From the NCBI GenBank assembly GCA_040879625.1, contig JBBDJZ010000008.1, forward strand, positions 1-38,614: a DNA stretch of 38,614 nt, read 5' to 3'. This document shows, piece after piece, positions 8,703 through 17,571 of this stretch. The notes under the pieces are model-generated. The model ran no database searches. It had not been told where the DNA came from and worked only from the letters and a program-made list of their open reading frames with translations. This DNA is from Minisyncoccota bacterium (GTDB taxonomy: Bacteria; Patescibacteriota; Minisyncoccia; Phycocordibacterales; JAXHMZ01). The stretch's first letter is position 1. Each line of letters starts with the position of its first letter. Made by a program: the position numbers and the translations under genes.

Positions 8703-9920
8703 ATGAAATATAAATACGTACTCGAAAGACACGGAGAGCAGATACAGGGCGAAGAAACCGCCGAAACCAAAGGGGACCTGTTCGACAAAATAAAACAAAC
8801 AGGCGATACTCTCGTTTCTATTGATGAGGTGCGTGGTGGAACAAGTTTAAATATTAATCTCGACGGTTTTATTGCAAAACTAAACCGAGTCAAAGCAGAA
8901 GACAAGATTCTTTTTGCAAAAAATATTAGCTCTATGATTTCTTCTGGGCTCAGTATGTCACGCGCTCTGTCCGTCATTAAGCGGCAGTCAAGAAATCCGA
9001 AGTTCAAAGGAGTAATTGAAACAGTAGAAAAAGATATCTCTTCAGGAAAGGGTTTTGCTGACTCGCTTGCTGAGCATCCTGATATTTTTTCTAAAATTTT
9101 TATTGCAATGGCTCGTGCTGGCGAAGAGTCGGGACAAATGACGGAATCCCTACGGGTTGTGGGAGAGCAGATGGAGCGAACAAATACGCTTAAAAAGAAA
9201 ATAAAAGGCGCAATGATGTATCCCTCTGTGATTATGGCTGCTATGGTTATTATCGCAGTCCTAATGCTCATATATGTTGTACCGTCGCTCACCGCAACGT
9301 TCAAAGAGCTTGATACAGAACTGCCTGGTTCAACCCAGTTCATCATTTTTGTAAGCGATGCGCTTAAAAACAACACCCTGTTGGTTTTTGGCGGAATGTT
9401 CGTGTTGGTGCTCGGAATTGTTCTCGGCCTTCGCACTGAAAAAGGGAAGAGAGCCGTTAATACAGCTGTGCTCTATGTTCCTGTGGTTTCAAATCTCGTG
9501 AAAGAAGCAAACTCAGCAACAACAGCACGAACGCTTTCTTCACTCCTTTCTTCAGGAGTTGATGTGTCGCAGGCGCTTGAGATTACTAAAGAGGTTGTTC
9601 AAAATCATCACTATAAAAAAGTGCTTAATGATGCAAAGGAAGCAATCCAAAAGGGCAAACCGCTCTCAGACGTGTTTATACAGAATGAAAAACTATATCC
9701 AATCTTTGTGGGAGAGATGGTAGCTGTTGGTGAAGAAACAGGAAAACTTTCAAGTATGTTAGAAAACGTTGCAAAGTATTATGAAGAAGATGTACAACAA
9801 AAAACAAAGGATCTCTCTACCATTGTTGAACCAATACTTATGATAGTCGTTGGTGCTGGAGTGGGGTTCTTTGCACTTTCCATGATTACTCCAATGTATT
9901 CGATTGCAAATAATATTTAA
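8703..9920 (+). CDS. pilC: Type IV pilus platform protein (PilC/GspF family)
   Basis: 405 aa, polytopic, with a duplicated GspF-type domain. It directly follows pilB. Confidence 0.88.
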   Translation: MKYKYVLERHGEQIQGEETAETKGDLFDKIKQTGDTLVSIDEVRGGTSLNINLDGFIAKLNRVKAEDKILFAKNISSMISSGLSMSRALSVIKRQSRNPKFKGVIETVEKDISSGKGFADSLAEHPDIFSKIFIAMARAGEESGQMTESLRVVGEQMERTNTLKKKIKGAMMYPSVIMAAMVIIAVLMLIYVVPSLTATFKELDTELPGSTQFIIFVSDALKNNTLLVFGGMFVLVLGIVLGLRTEKGKRAVNTAVLYVPVVSNLVKEANSATTARTLSSLLSSGVDVSQALEITKEVVQNHHYKKVLNDAKEAIQKGKPLSDVFIQNEKLYPIFVGEMVAVGEETGKLSSMLENVAKYYEEDVQQKTKDLSTIVEPILMIVVGAGVGFFALSMITPMYSIANNI

Positions 9921-9923
9921 TGC

Positions 9924-10418
9924 ATGGGATTTTTCTCAAAAAAGAGAGATAGCAAAAAAAGGAAGAGGGGGTTTACTCTCATTGAGTTACTTGTCGTTAT
10001 TGCAATACTTCTTGTTGTTGGTTCTATTGTCATAACAGGCTTTAAGAATTTTCAAATCCGACAAACGCTAGAGCTCTCAGTTAAAGAGGTCCGACAGATG
10101 CTTGAATTCGCACGCTCAGAAACGCTTGCTTCAAGAGGAGACACGCAATATGGCGTGTATTTGGATACAGATAAAGCTGTTCTCTTTGAAGGTGCGAGTT
10201 ATACGGAGGGGGAGGTGGGAAACGATGTCTTTGAGCTGCATCCACAAGTTTCACTTTCTCAAATTTCTCTTGTTCCCATAAGTGACGAGATTCTTTTTAG
10301 TCGAGGAACCGGTGAGCCAAGTTCTGCCGGTTTTATTGAAGTGTCGCTTGTTCACAATCCAAGTACAACTCGAACAATAACGATTACAACTACTGGTATA
10401 ATACATTCAAATGAATAG
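9924..10418 (+). CDS. Prepilin-type protein, GspH/FimU-like minor pilin
   Basis: N-terminal methylation motif KRG|FTLIELLVVIAIL with Glu at +5. Confidence 0.75.
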   Translation: MGFFSKKRDSKKRKRGFTLIELLVVIAILLVVGSIVITGFKNFQIRQTLELSVKEVRQMLEFARSETLASRGDTQYGVYLDTDKAVLFEGASYTEGEVGNDVFELHPQVSLSQISLVPISDEILFSRGTGEPSSAGFIEVSLVHNPSTTRTITITTTGIIHSNE

Positions 10419-10911
10419 GGTATTAAAAACGAACAAGAAAAGAGGTGTCGGGCTCGTTGAGGTTATTGTGGGCTCAGCTATTCTTGCTGTCGTGCTTTTT
10501 GCATTCACCTCATCACTCTCGCTGTATTCGCGGGCGAACGCAGACGCAACGAGCAGATCGCAAGCGCTCTACCTTGCCGAAGAGGCGCTTGAGGCCGTGC
10601 GAGGGTTAAGAGACGCTGGGTGGACGACGAACATTGCGACCGCCTCTGTAGATACGGACTACGGTATTTCTTTTGACGCCGTAAATTCTACTTGGACGCT
10701 TGTTTTGTCACCAGACATCGTGGGTGAGTTTACGCGAACACTTACTTTCAGAGACGTATATCGCGATGGCGGAGACAATATTGTTGCTAATCCGTTTGAA
10801 ACGTATGACCCTGACTCGCGTATCCTTGAAGTGGAGGTTACTTGGCCCGGACGTCAAGAAACACAATATGTTCGAATTGAGTCAATTGTTACTAACACCT
10901 TCGAATACTAA
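10411..10911 (+). CDS. Prepilin-like minor pilin (GspI/PilV-like by position)
   Basis: Degenerate motif KKRG|VGLVEVIVGSAIL with Glu at +5. It overlaps the previous gene by 8 nt. Confidence 0.6.
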   Translation: MNRVLKTNKKRGVGLVEVIVGSAILAVVLFAFTSSLSLYSRANADATSRSQALYLAEEALEAVRGLRDAGWTTNIATASVDTDYGISFDAVNSTWTLVLSPDIVGEFTRTLTFRDVYRDGGDNIVANPFETYDPDSRILEVEVTWPGRQETQYVRIESIVTNTFEY

Positions 10912-10913
10912 CC

Positions 10914-11447
10914 ATGAACATGAGACTTCGCCATGCACGCACTCCTTCTGCTTCAGGTTTTACTCTTGTAGAACTTCTTATTTACGTAGGGATATTAACA
11001 CTTGCTCTTGTTTCTATTGTTGTGCTTCTTTCGAGCGCTACAAAGATCGTTACTCGTGTAAAAGAAGTAAAAGAAGTGCGCTCGTCAGCACTTATGGTGC
11101 TTGACCGTTTAGACCGAGAGGTTAAAAAAGCAACGAGTATCGTTGTCGCAGAAAGTGTGCTTGGTGCAACACCAGGTTCACTTACCCTTTTGTCAGTTGA
11201 CGAAGGTGGAAATCCTCGAGAAGTGATGTTTGGACTCAACGAAGATGACGATATCGCAATTTATTATGATGGAACTTTGCGTGGAGCCCTTACTTCAGAA
11301 GAAGTTGTCGTAAACGAAATTGAGTTTTACCGTGTTGATAATGTGCTTTCAGAGTCAGTTATTGCGAGATTTACACTTTCTCACGAGGGTGCACCAACAA
11401 AGACAGAGACATTTTACTTAACTGCTGTGTTAAGAGGATCATACTAA
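10914..11447 (+). CDS. Prepilin-type minor pilin (GspJ/PilW-like by position)
   Basis: Motif ASG|FTLVELLIYVGIL with Glu at +5. Confidence 0.7.
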   Translation: MNMRLRHARTPSASGFTLVELLIYVGILTLALVSIVVLLSSATKIVTRVKEVKEVRSSALMVLDRLDREVKKATSIVVAESVLGATPGSLTLLSVDEGGNPREVMFGLNEDDDIAIYYDGTLRGALTSEEVVVNEIEFYRVDNVLSESVIARFTLSHEGAPTKTETFYLTAVLRGSY

Positions 11448-11451
11448 TATC

Positions 11452-12747
11452 ATGAAAAAACACACCTCAAGTTTTAGAAAAAACCCCCGGACTAAAGACG
11501 GATTTATAATGCTCACCGTCGTCGTTATTTTTTTAATGATTTCACTCGGAGCTGCGTTATCACTCGCTTCAATTGTGTACAGAGAATCAGCGGTTGTTCG
11601 CAATAGCGTGCGCTCAACTCAAAGTATGTATGCGTCTGAATCGTTGCAAGAAGATATTTTTTACCGCTTTGTGAGTAGCAAGGACGTTCCTCCAACCGTA
11701 ACCCTTACGCTGAATGGCGCAACCGCTGAAGCTGTTGTTGAGGATTTGTCTGGAACAAAACGTATAACGAGTGTTGGGGATGCAGAAAACAGAATTAGAA
11801 AAACCGAAATGATTCTAGAAACTGGTGCAGGTGCTGCTTTTTTCTATGGAGTGCAGGCAGGTCAAGGTGGTTTCGTTATGACCAACTTTACGCAAATAAT
11901 CGGCAACGTCTATTCAAGTGGGCCTATTATAGGAACAAACAGTGCCTCAATAACTGGGGATGTCGTGTCGGCTGAAGCCTCGGGTCTCATAGACGGCCTT
12001 GATATTTCAGGCTCCGCTTTTGCACAGCGTATTGAAGACTCAGACATCGGGGGAGATGCCTATTATCAAAGCATCTTTAAAACTGACGTTGCTGGTACAG
12101 AGTACCCCGGTAGTGCTAATCAATCAGAACTACCTCTTCCTATTTCGGACGAGATGGTTGAAGAGTGGAAAAGTGTTGCGCTGGCTGGAGGGACCGCAAC
12201 GTGCCCGTATTCAATTGGTTCCGATGTAACCATTGGGCCTTTATATATACCCTGCGACCTGAGTATATATGACGGAACCGTAACGCTTACCGGCCCGGTT
12301 TGGGTGGATGGCGATGTGAGTATTTCGGGAACGTCTGTTATTCGGGTTTCTTCCACTCTCGGCTCTCGCAGTGTCCCGATTATTGCAGACGATGAGTCCG
12401 ATAGGGCGTCGCGTGGTCGCTTTACGCTTTCAAATAGTAGTGAATATTTTGGCTCGGGTGATGATAGGTCTTACGTTATTTTGCTTTCACAAAATAACAG
12501 TGCAGAAAATGGAGGGAGTACCAAGGCCATCACCATGTCGAATAGTTCGGCTGGTAAACTCGTACTCTATGCGGGGCATGGAGAAATAGAGCTTTCTAAC
12601 AACGTTGACCTTTCAGAAGTAACAGCCTACAGGATACGACTTTCCAACAGTGCCATTGTGAGGTACGAGACAGGACTTGCAAGTCTTACGTTTACTTCGG
12701 GTCCTTCAGGGGGGTATATTCTTGAGTCTCTTAAAGAAGTTCAATAA
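11452..12747 (+). CDS. Large pilin-like protein lacking Glu+5 (GspK/PilX-like by position), a possible tip subunit
   Basis: KDG|FIMLTVVVIFLMISLG hydrophobic N-terminus without Glu5. 431 aa with a Gly/Ser/Asp-rich body. Confidence 0.5.
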   Translation: MKKHTSSFRKNPRTKDGFIMLTVVVIFLMISLGAALSLASIVYRESAVVRNSVRSTQSMYASESLQEDIFYRFVSSKDVPPTVTLTLNGATAEAVVEDLSGTKRITSVGDAENRIRKTEMILETGAGAAFFYGVQAGQGGFVMTNFTQIIGNVYSSGPIIGTNSASITGDVVSAEASGLIDGLDISGSAFAQRIEDSDIGGDAYYQSIFKTDVAGTEYPGSANQSELPLPISDEMVEEWKSVALAGGTATCPYSIGSDVTIGPLYIPCDLSIYDGTVTLTGPVWVDGDVSISGTSVIRVSSTLGSRSVPIIADDESDRASRGRFTLSNSSEYFGSGDDRSYVILLSQNNSAENGGSTKAITMSNSSAGKLVLYAGHGEIELSNNVDLSEVTAYRIRLSNSAIVRYETGLASLTFTSGPSGGYILESLKEVQ

Positions 12748-12770
12748 GACAGCCCACTCTGCAGTGTGCG

Positions 12771-12779
12771 TGGTAGAAT
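12771..12779 (+). promoter_or_regulatory. Extended -10 element TGgTAGAAT for tpiA
   Basis: TGGTAGAAT ends 6 nt before the ATG at 12786, which implies a leaderless mRNA. Confidence 0.45.
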
Positions 12780-12785
12780 AGGAAA

Positions 12786-13700
12786 ATGGTTAAAGCACAA
12801 AAAAGAAAGACCGTAGTAAAAAAGCGGAATACCCGTCGCATAGCGATAACAAAGAAGACGCACAAAGTGACGCCGATAAAAAAAGTTCGTGCGCAGATTA
12901 AAAGAAGGGTCGCTTCAGAGGTTGAGTCAAAGAAGTTTTACGTTATTGCGAACTGGAAAATGAACCCAACAACTCTTCTGAAGGCAGAAGCGCTCTTTGG
13001 CGCAATAAGAGATGGCTCGCGTCTTCTTAAGCACGCGAAAACAATTGTTTGCCCTCCTTTTCTTTACCTAAACACTCTAAAGGATGGATACTCAGGTAAG
13101 AAGGTAGCGTTTGGCGCACAAACGTGTTTTGTTGAAGAGTATGGCCCTTTTACAGGAGAGGTGAGTGCGCCCATGATTAAAAGTGTGGGGGGTGAGTATG
13201 TCATACTCGGACACTCTGAACGGCGTGCCATGGGCGAGACCGATGAAGATGTTCGTGCGCGCGCGAATAGTGCTCTCAGTGCAAACCTGACTCCAATTAT
13301 ATGTATTGGTGAACACGCTCGAGATGACGACGGTGAGTATCTTGCTGTCATTAAAAATCAAGTACATGCAATTTTTTATGGAATGTCGAGAGATTGGTTG
13401 CGGCGAGTTATTATTGCCTACGAACCAATTTGGGCAATTGGCAAAACAGGGAAGGATGCGGTGACGGCACACGGTTTACATGAAACCGGTATGTATATCA
13501 GAAAAGTTCTCGCTGAAATGTTTGATAAATCAATTGCTATTGAGCAGAGGATATTGTATGGCGGTTCGGTAAAAGCTGAGAATGCAGCTGCGCTCATCGA
13601 CGGAACCCAGGTTGAAGGCTTTCTTGTGGGAAGCGCCTCACTCAATGCCGAGGAGTTTCTCAAAATAATTGAAGCAGTTGAAAGTTATGCAAAGAAATAG
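12786..13700 (+). CDS. tpiA: Triosephosphate isomerase with a Lys/Arg-rich N-terminal extension of about 47 aa
   Basis: Motifs ANWKMN, GHSERR and AYEPIWAIGKTG. No alternative in-frame ATG, GTG or TTG lies between 12786 and the NWK motif. Confidence 0.9.
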   Translation: MVKAQKRKTVVKKRNTRRIAITKKTHKVTPIKKVRAQIKRRVASEVESKKFYVIANWKMNPTTLLKAEALFGAIRDGSRLLKHAKTIVCPPFLYLNTLKDGYSGKKVAFGAQTCFVEEYGPFTGEVSAPMIKSVGGEYVILGHSERRAMGETDEDVRARANSALSANLTPIICIGEHARDDDGEYLAVIKNQVHAIFYGMSRDWLRRVIIAYEPIWAIGKTGKDAVTAHGLHETGMYIRKVLAEMFDKSIAIEQRILYGGSVKAENAAALIDGTQVEGFLVGSASLNAEEFLKIIEAVESYAKK

Positions 13701-14820
13701 TTTTCCGCTTGTAAGAAACACTACAATCACTCCGGGAATGCGAGTGCTTGTTCGGGTTGATTTTAATGTACCCATAGAAAACAGTGAGGTGCGCGGGGAG
13801 TTTCGAATCATGCGCTCACTAAAGACAATTAATTACCTCAGAGAGCGGGGAGCAAAAATCATTCTTGTGAGTCATGTCGAATCAACGTCAAGCCTCGAAC
13901 CGGTTTCGCTGTTTTTAAAAAATCACGTTCCTCATACGTTTGTTGTTTCTCTTAGATCCGATGCGGGGCAAGAGGTGTTGAGTAAGATGAAAAATGGTGA
14001 CATTGTGCTTCTTGAAAATATACGACATGAATCTGGGGAGAAAACAAATGATTCAGAACTCGCGGAATTCCTTGCTTCTCTTGCTGACCTCTATGTAAAC
14101 GATGCTTTCTCGGTATCCCACCGCGCACACGCTTCCATCGTTGGAATTCCTCGTTTTTTGCCGGGATGTGCCGGGTTTCTTCTTGAAGAAGAGATTATGA
14201 TACTGTCTCGTGCCCTCACTCCCAAAAAACCATTTCTTTTTATTTTAGGTGGTGCAAAATTTGAGACAAAACTCCCTCTTATTAGAAAGTTTCAGCATAT
14301 TGCTAACACAATTATAATCGGAGGAGCGCTTGCAAATGATATCTATAAGGCAAAAGGGCTTGCTGTTGGGCGCTCACTTGTTTCGGGAGAGGTTGATCTT
14401 TCAGAAATTATAAACGACTCAAAAATAATTGTACCTAGTGAAATAATTGCTAAGCGCGGGAGTGAGGTTTTCACTACTGCCGTAAAAAATATCGAGAGCG
14501 AGGACAGTATTATCGATGCCTCTCCTGAGTGGATTCGGAGTCTTGAAGAAACCATTGCTAATGCCCGCACTATTCTTTGGAACGGACCAGTGGGTAAATA
14601 TGAATCCGAAGGAAAAGCGGGTACGGTAGAACTCGCAAAGCTCATCGCTAAATCAAGCGCCTATTCTATCGTGGGGGGTGGAGACACTCTAGCTGTCATA
14701 GCGGAGCATAATCTCGAAGAAAAATTTAGTTTTATATCAACAGGAGGAGGTGCGATGCTTGATTTTCTTGCGAACGGAAGCCTGCCTGGGATTCGGGCTC
14801 TTACGCAAAGTGGTTCGTAA
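13687..14820 (+). CDS. pgk: Phosphoglycerate kinase
   Basis: RVLVRVDFNVP motif and full-length PGK similarity. The start could be 13669 or 13687, and both overlap the end of tpiA. Confidence 0.9.
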   Translation: MQRNSFPLVRNTTITPGMRVLVRVDFNVPIENSEVRGEFRIMRSLKTINYLRERGAKIILVSHVESTSSLEPVSLFLKNHVPHTFVVSLRSDAGQEVLSKMKNGDIVLLENIRHESGEKTNDSELAEFLASLADLYVNDAFSVSHRAHASIVGIPRFLPGCAGFLLEEEIMILSRALTPKKPFLFILGGAKFETKLPLIRKFQHIANTIIIGGALANDIYKAKGLAVGRSLVSGEVDLSEIINDSKIIVPSEIIAKRGSEVFTTAVKNIESEDSIIDASPEWIRSLEETIANARTILWNGPVGKYESEGKAGTVELAKLIAKSSAYSIVGGGDTLAVIAEHNLEEKFSFISTGGGAMLDFLANGSLPGIRALTQSGS

Positions 14821-14837
14821 GTCCTAAAATTTTGCTC

Positions 14838-15239
14838 TTATGGTAGCAACAGGTTCGCACGGATACGCTCTCCGAATTCTTTTGACTCTCCCTCTTTATA
14901 TTCTTCAGTTGGCCAATTACTAAGACCGTCGTTTTTAAAACGTGGGATAAGATGAATGTGTACATGCGGAACTTCATCGCCGACAATTGAAAGCTGTATA
15001 AGGTCAGCTTTTGTTGTTTTTTGAAGAGCACTCGCAACTCGCTGGCTTGCGCCAAAAAGGGGAGTAAGAAGATCAATTGGCAGATCGGTAAACCATCTAA
15101 ACTGCTTTTTAGGAACAACAAGAGTGTGACCCTTTTGAACTGGCTTAATATCAAGAAATGCAAGAACATGCTCGTCTTCGTAGACAATTTCTGCAGGTAT
15201 TTCTCGGGCAATTATTTTTGAAAAAATGGTATCAGTCAT
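14838..15239 (-). CDS. HIT-family (histidine triad) protein
   Basis: 133 aa with the HVHIHLIP histidine triad. Confidence 0.9.
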   Translation of the reverse strand: MTDTIFSKIIAREIPAEIVYEDEHVLAFLDIKPVQKGHTLVVPKKQFRWFTDLPIDLLTPLFGASQRVASALQKTTKADLIQLSIVGDEVPHVHIHLIPRFKNDGLSNWPTEEYKEGESKEFGERIRANLLLP

Positions 15240-15297
15240 ATGCTCTCACTATATCAAGAGGGCCTTACTTTTAACAATCCTGCAAAAAAGAAGCGTG

Positions 15298-15306
15298 TGA
15301 TACAAT
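15298..15306 (+). promoter_or_regulatory. Extended -10 element TGaTACAAT for recJ
   Basis: It overlaps the first ATG (15305). The next ATG (15314) lies 7 nt downstream. Confidence 0.4.
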
Positions 15307-15313
15307 GACCCCC

Positions 15314-17026
15314 ATGAAAGCTCCTCTTTCTTATTTGCAAAAAAAAACAAAAAAGCTTGCTCCCCACCACCTCTCAGGTTATTCAGATATTGCGCGCACG
15401 CTGCTGATTCATCGCGGTGTGTATACCGACGAAGAAGCGAAGAAAATTCTTGAAGGTGACTATGTTGCGGGTCTTCATGATCCTTTTCTTATGAAAGGTA
15501 TGCAGAAAGCAGTTGACCGCATCGTATCAGCCCTAAAAAAAGAAGAGCACGTGGCAATTTTTTCTGATTATGATGCAGACGGTGTTCCTGGCGGCGTTCT
15601 TTTGCGTTCTTTTTTTGACCGAGTGGGTTTTAAACATATAACTTCGTATATCCCGCATCGAGGAATTGAAGGGTTTGGTTTAAATAAAGAAGCCGTAGAA
15701 ACGCTTTCTAAAAAAGGAGTAACGCTCATGATTACCATTGATTGCGGAATAACTGATACGGACGAAGTCTTGCATGCAAAAGAACTTGGAATTGATGTGA
15801 TTATTACCGATCACCACCTACCTCCTGACCCATTGCCGGAAGCACATGTAATTCTTGATCCAAAGCAAGCAGATTGCGCCTATCCTTTTAAAGAACTCTG
15901 TGGTGCCGGCGTGGCGTACAAGCTTGTTCAGGCGCTCATGACCCACAGAGACGTTCTGTTTCCCGAAGGTCATGAAAAGTGGCTTTTAGATCTTGTTGGA
16001 ATTGCAACCCTTGCAGATATGGTTCCTCTTGTTGGCGAAAATAGAATCTTTGCGCGATATGGATTGGTTGTTTTACAAAAGGGGCGACGGCCTGGACTCA
16101 GAGAGCTCCTCAAACAAGCAAAGGTTGATTATCGCTTCGTTAATGAGGAAGACGTTACGTTTACGGTTGCTCCGAGAATAAATGCAGCAAGTAGGATGGC
16201 ACATCCTGACATTGCGTTCGCACTTCTTTTTTCAAGCTCACGCAAAGAGGCTCTGCGACGAGCGGTAGAGTTAGAGGAGATAAACAAAGAAAGAAAAACG
16301 TTGGTAGCGGGTATTGTCCGTGAAGTGAAAAAGAAAGTTGCGAAACGTGTGCTCGGCCTTGTGATTGTTGTGGGAGATCCACATTGGAGACCGGGAATAC
16401 TTGGACTCATAGCAAGCGCACTTGTTGATACGTTCGGGAAAACAGTATTTGTGTGGGGCAGGGAGGGGGACGGGCACCTTAAAGGTTCGGTTCGCTCAGA
16501 TGGGGTTATGAATGTTGTTGAGCTGATGCGGGCACTTCCCGAGGATTCGTTTGTTGGGTTTGGTGGACATGAACGTTCTGCTGGTTTCTCAATCGAACTA
16601 GACAAGGTTGATTTGCTTGAGGAACTTCTCAACGCACAGGCTAACGGCTCTGTTTTATCTGAACCTCATACTGAAACAGCAAAAACATACGATAGTGCAA
16701 TTCTCGCTAAAGAGCTCGAAGGAGAACTTTTTGAAGATGTACTCGCGCTTGCTCCTTTTGGAATTGGGTTTGAAAAACCCCTGTTTAAAATTGAAAAAGC
16801 GCGCGTTGTTTCACTTAAAGAGTTTGGAAAAGGAAAGAATCATTTAGAAGTAGTTGTTGAAGGAAAGGGAAGTGTCCAATTTAAATCAATAGGATTTTTT
16901 ATGACACGCAAACATTTTGAGAAAGAAATTGCTCCCGGAGAAGACATTACGCTCTATGGATCACTTGAAAAAAGTTATTACACCAGAAGTCCTGAGTATA
17001 GAATTCGTATTGAGCACATAGAGTAG
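15314..17026 (+). CDS. recJ: Single-stranded-DNA-specific exonuclease RecJ (DHH/DHHA1)
   Basis: Motifs FSDYDADGV, DCG and ITDHH. The start is 15305 or 15314. Confidence 0.9.
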   Translation: MKAPLSYLQKKTKKLAPHHLSGYSDIARTLLIHRGVYTDEEAKKILEGDYVAGLHDPFLMKGMQKAVDRIVSALKKEEHVAIFSDYDADGVPGGVLLRSFFDRVGFKHITSYIPHRGIEGFGLNKEAVETLSKKGVTLMITIDCGITDTDEVLHAKELGIDVIITDHHLPPDPLPEAHVILDPKQADCAYPFKELCGAGVAYKLVQALMTHRDVLFPEGHEKWLLDLVGIATLADMVPLVGENRIFARYGLVVLQKGRRPGLRELLKQAKVDYRFVNEEDVTFTVAPRINAASRMAHPDIAFALLFSSSRKEALRRAVELEEINKERKTLVAGIVREVKKKVAKRVLGLVIVVGDPHWRPGILGLIASALVDTFGKTVFVWGREGDGHLKGSVRSDGVMNVVELMRALPEDSFVGFGGHERSAGFSIELDKVDLLEELLNAQANGSVLSEPHTETAKTYDSAILAKELEGELFEDVLALAPFGIGFEKPLFKIEKARVVSLKEFGKGKNHLEVVVEGKGSVQFKSIGFFMTRKHFEKEIAPGEDITLYGSLEKSYYTRSPEYRIRIEHIE

Positions 17027-17030
17027 TGGC

Positions 17031-17066
17031 AAAAAAGTGAGGCAGCGTTTTCCTTAGAAAACGTGC
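17031..17066 (-). terminator. Terminator of GC-rich unit A (may also serve recJ)
   Basis: On the minus strand, GCACGUUUUC-UAAG-GAAAACG(C)UGC is followed by CUCACUUUUUUG. Confidence 0.5.
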
Positions 17067-17085
17067 CCCACATCGGTATTCAGTA

Positions 17086-17328
17086 CTACCGGTTGCTTCT
17101 CTGCTCCACTCGCGCCCTCCTCCGTTCAAGGGTGTCTTGACTACGCTCGTCACGCTCGTCGAAGAATGAACGATCCGGCATCCCAAACAGTGCAGGACGT
17201 CTATCCTGTTCGCTCGCTATCTCAGCGAGCGAACCACGTCCCTGCATTCGAGCAAACTGTTCACGCAGACCTTCGTCGTCTCCCAGACTTACAAGGATTC
17301 CGTTTGTCACGACGAGCCTTGTGCACAT
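17086..17328 (-). CDS. Hypothetical 80-aa ORF in GC-rich unit A (coding status uncertain)
   Basis: GGGAG lies 6 nt upstream of ATG-TGC. The body contains long perfect hairpins and I recognise no family. Confidence 0.3.
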   Translation of the reverse strand: MCTRLVVTNGILVSLGDDEGLREQFARMQGRGSLAEIASEQDRRPALFGMPDRSFFDERDERSQDTLERRRARVEQRSNR

Positions 17329-17456
17329 AATTGCTCCCTATAAGGGTTCACGGTGAGCATCACCGTGAGGCGGGCGCGACACTAAAGTGGTGTTCGCACC
17401 TCACTCTGTTGCTGGTACTCTTTCGAGTATATGAATGTCCCTCCCTCTCCCTTCTG
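17329..17456 (-). ncRNA. Conserved structured 5' element, copy A
   Basis: Block 17347-17456 aligns with 17882-17991. It contains a GAAA-tetraloop hairpin, an ACAC/GUGU hairpin and a 9-bp UCACGGUGA/UCACCGUGA hairpin. Confidence 0.45.
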
Positions 17457-17461
17457 ATTTT

Positions 17462-17489
17462 AGTATAAAAATATTTGAGCAACTGTCAA
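17462..17489 (-). promoter_or_regulatory. Promoter of unit A, TTGACA-N16-TATACT
   Basis: The -35 is the reverse complement of 17484-17489 and the -10 is the reverse complement of 17462-17467. Confidence 0.6.
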
Positions 17490-17571
17490 ACTGCTCATAC
17501 TGCTTAACTTTTTTAAAACTCTATACATAATGAGCCCGGCGAAGCGCGTGCGCGTCGCCGGGTAGTTGGTG

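Noticed and set aside
8531-9436. A long 301-aa minus-strand ORF. Other long antisense ORFs occur at 292-603, 16129-16632, 29436-29894 and 36500-36889.
   Set aside because: They lie antisense to strongly conserved genes (pilB/pilC, hup, recJ, tuf, rplE). Their translations are low-complexity and they have no start signals. They are shadow ORFs.
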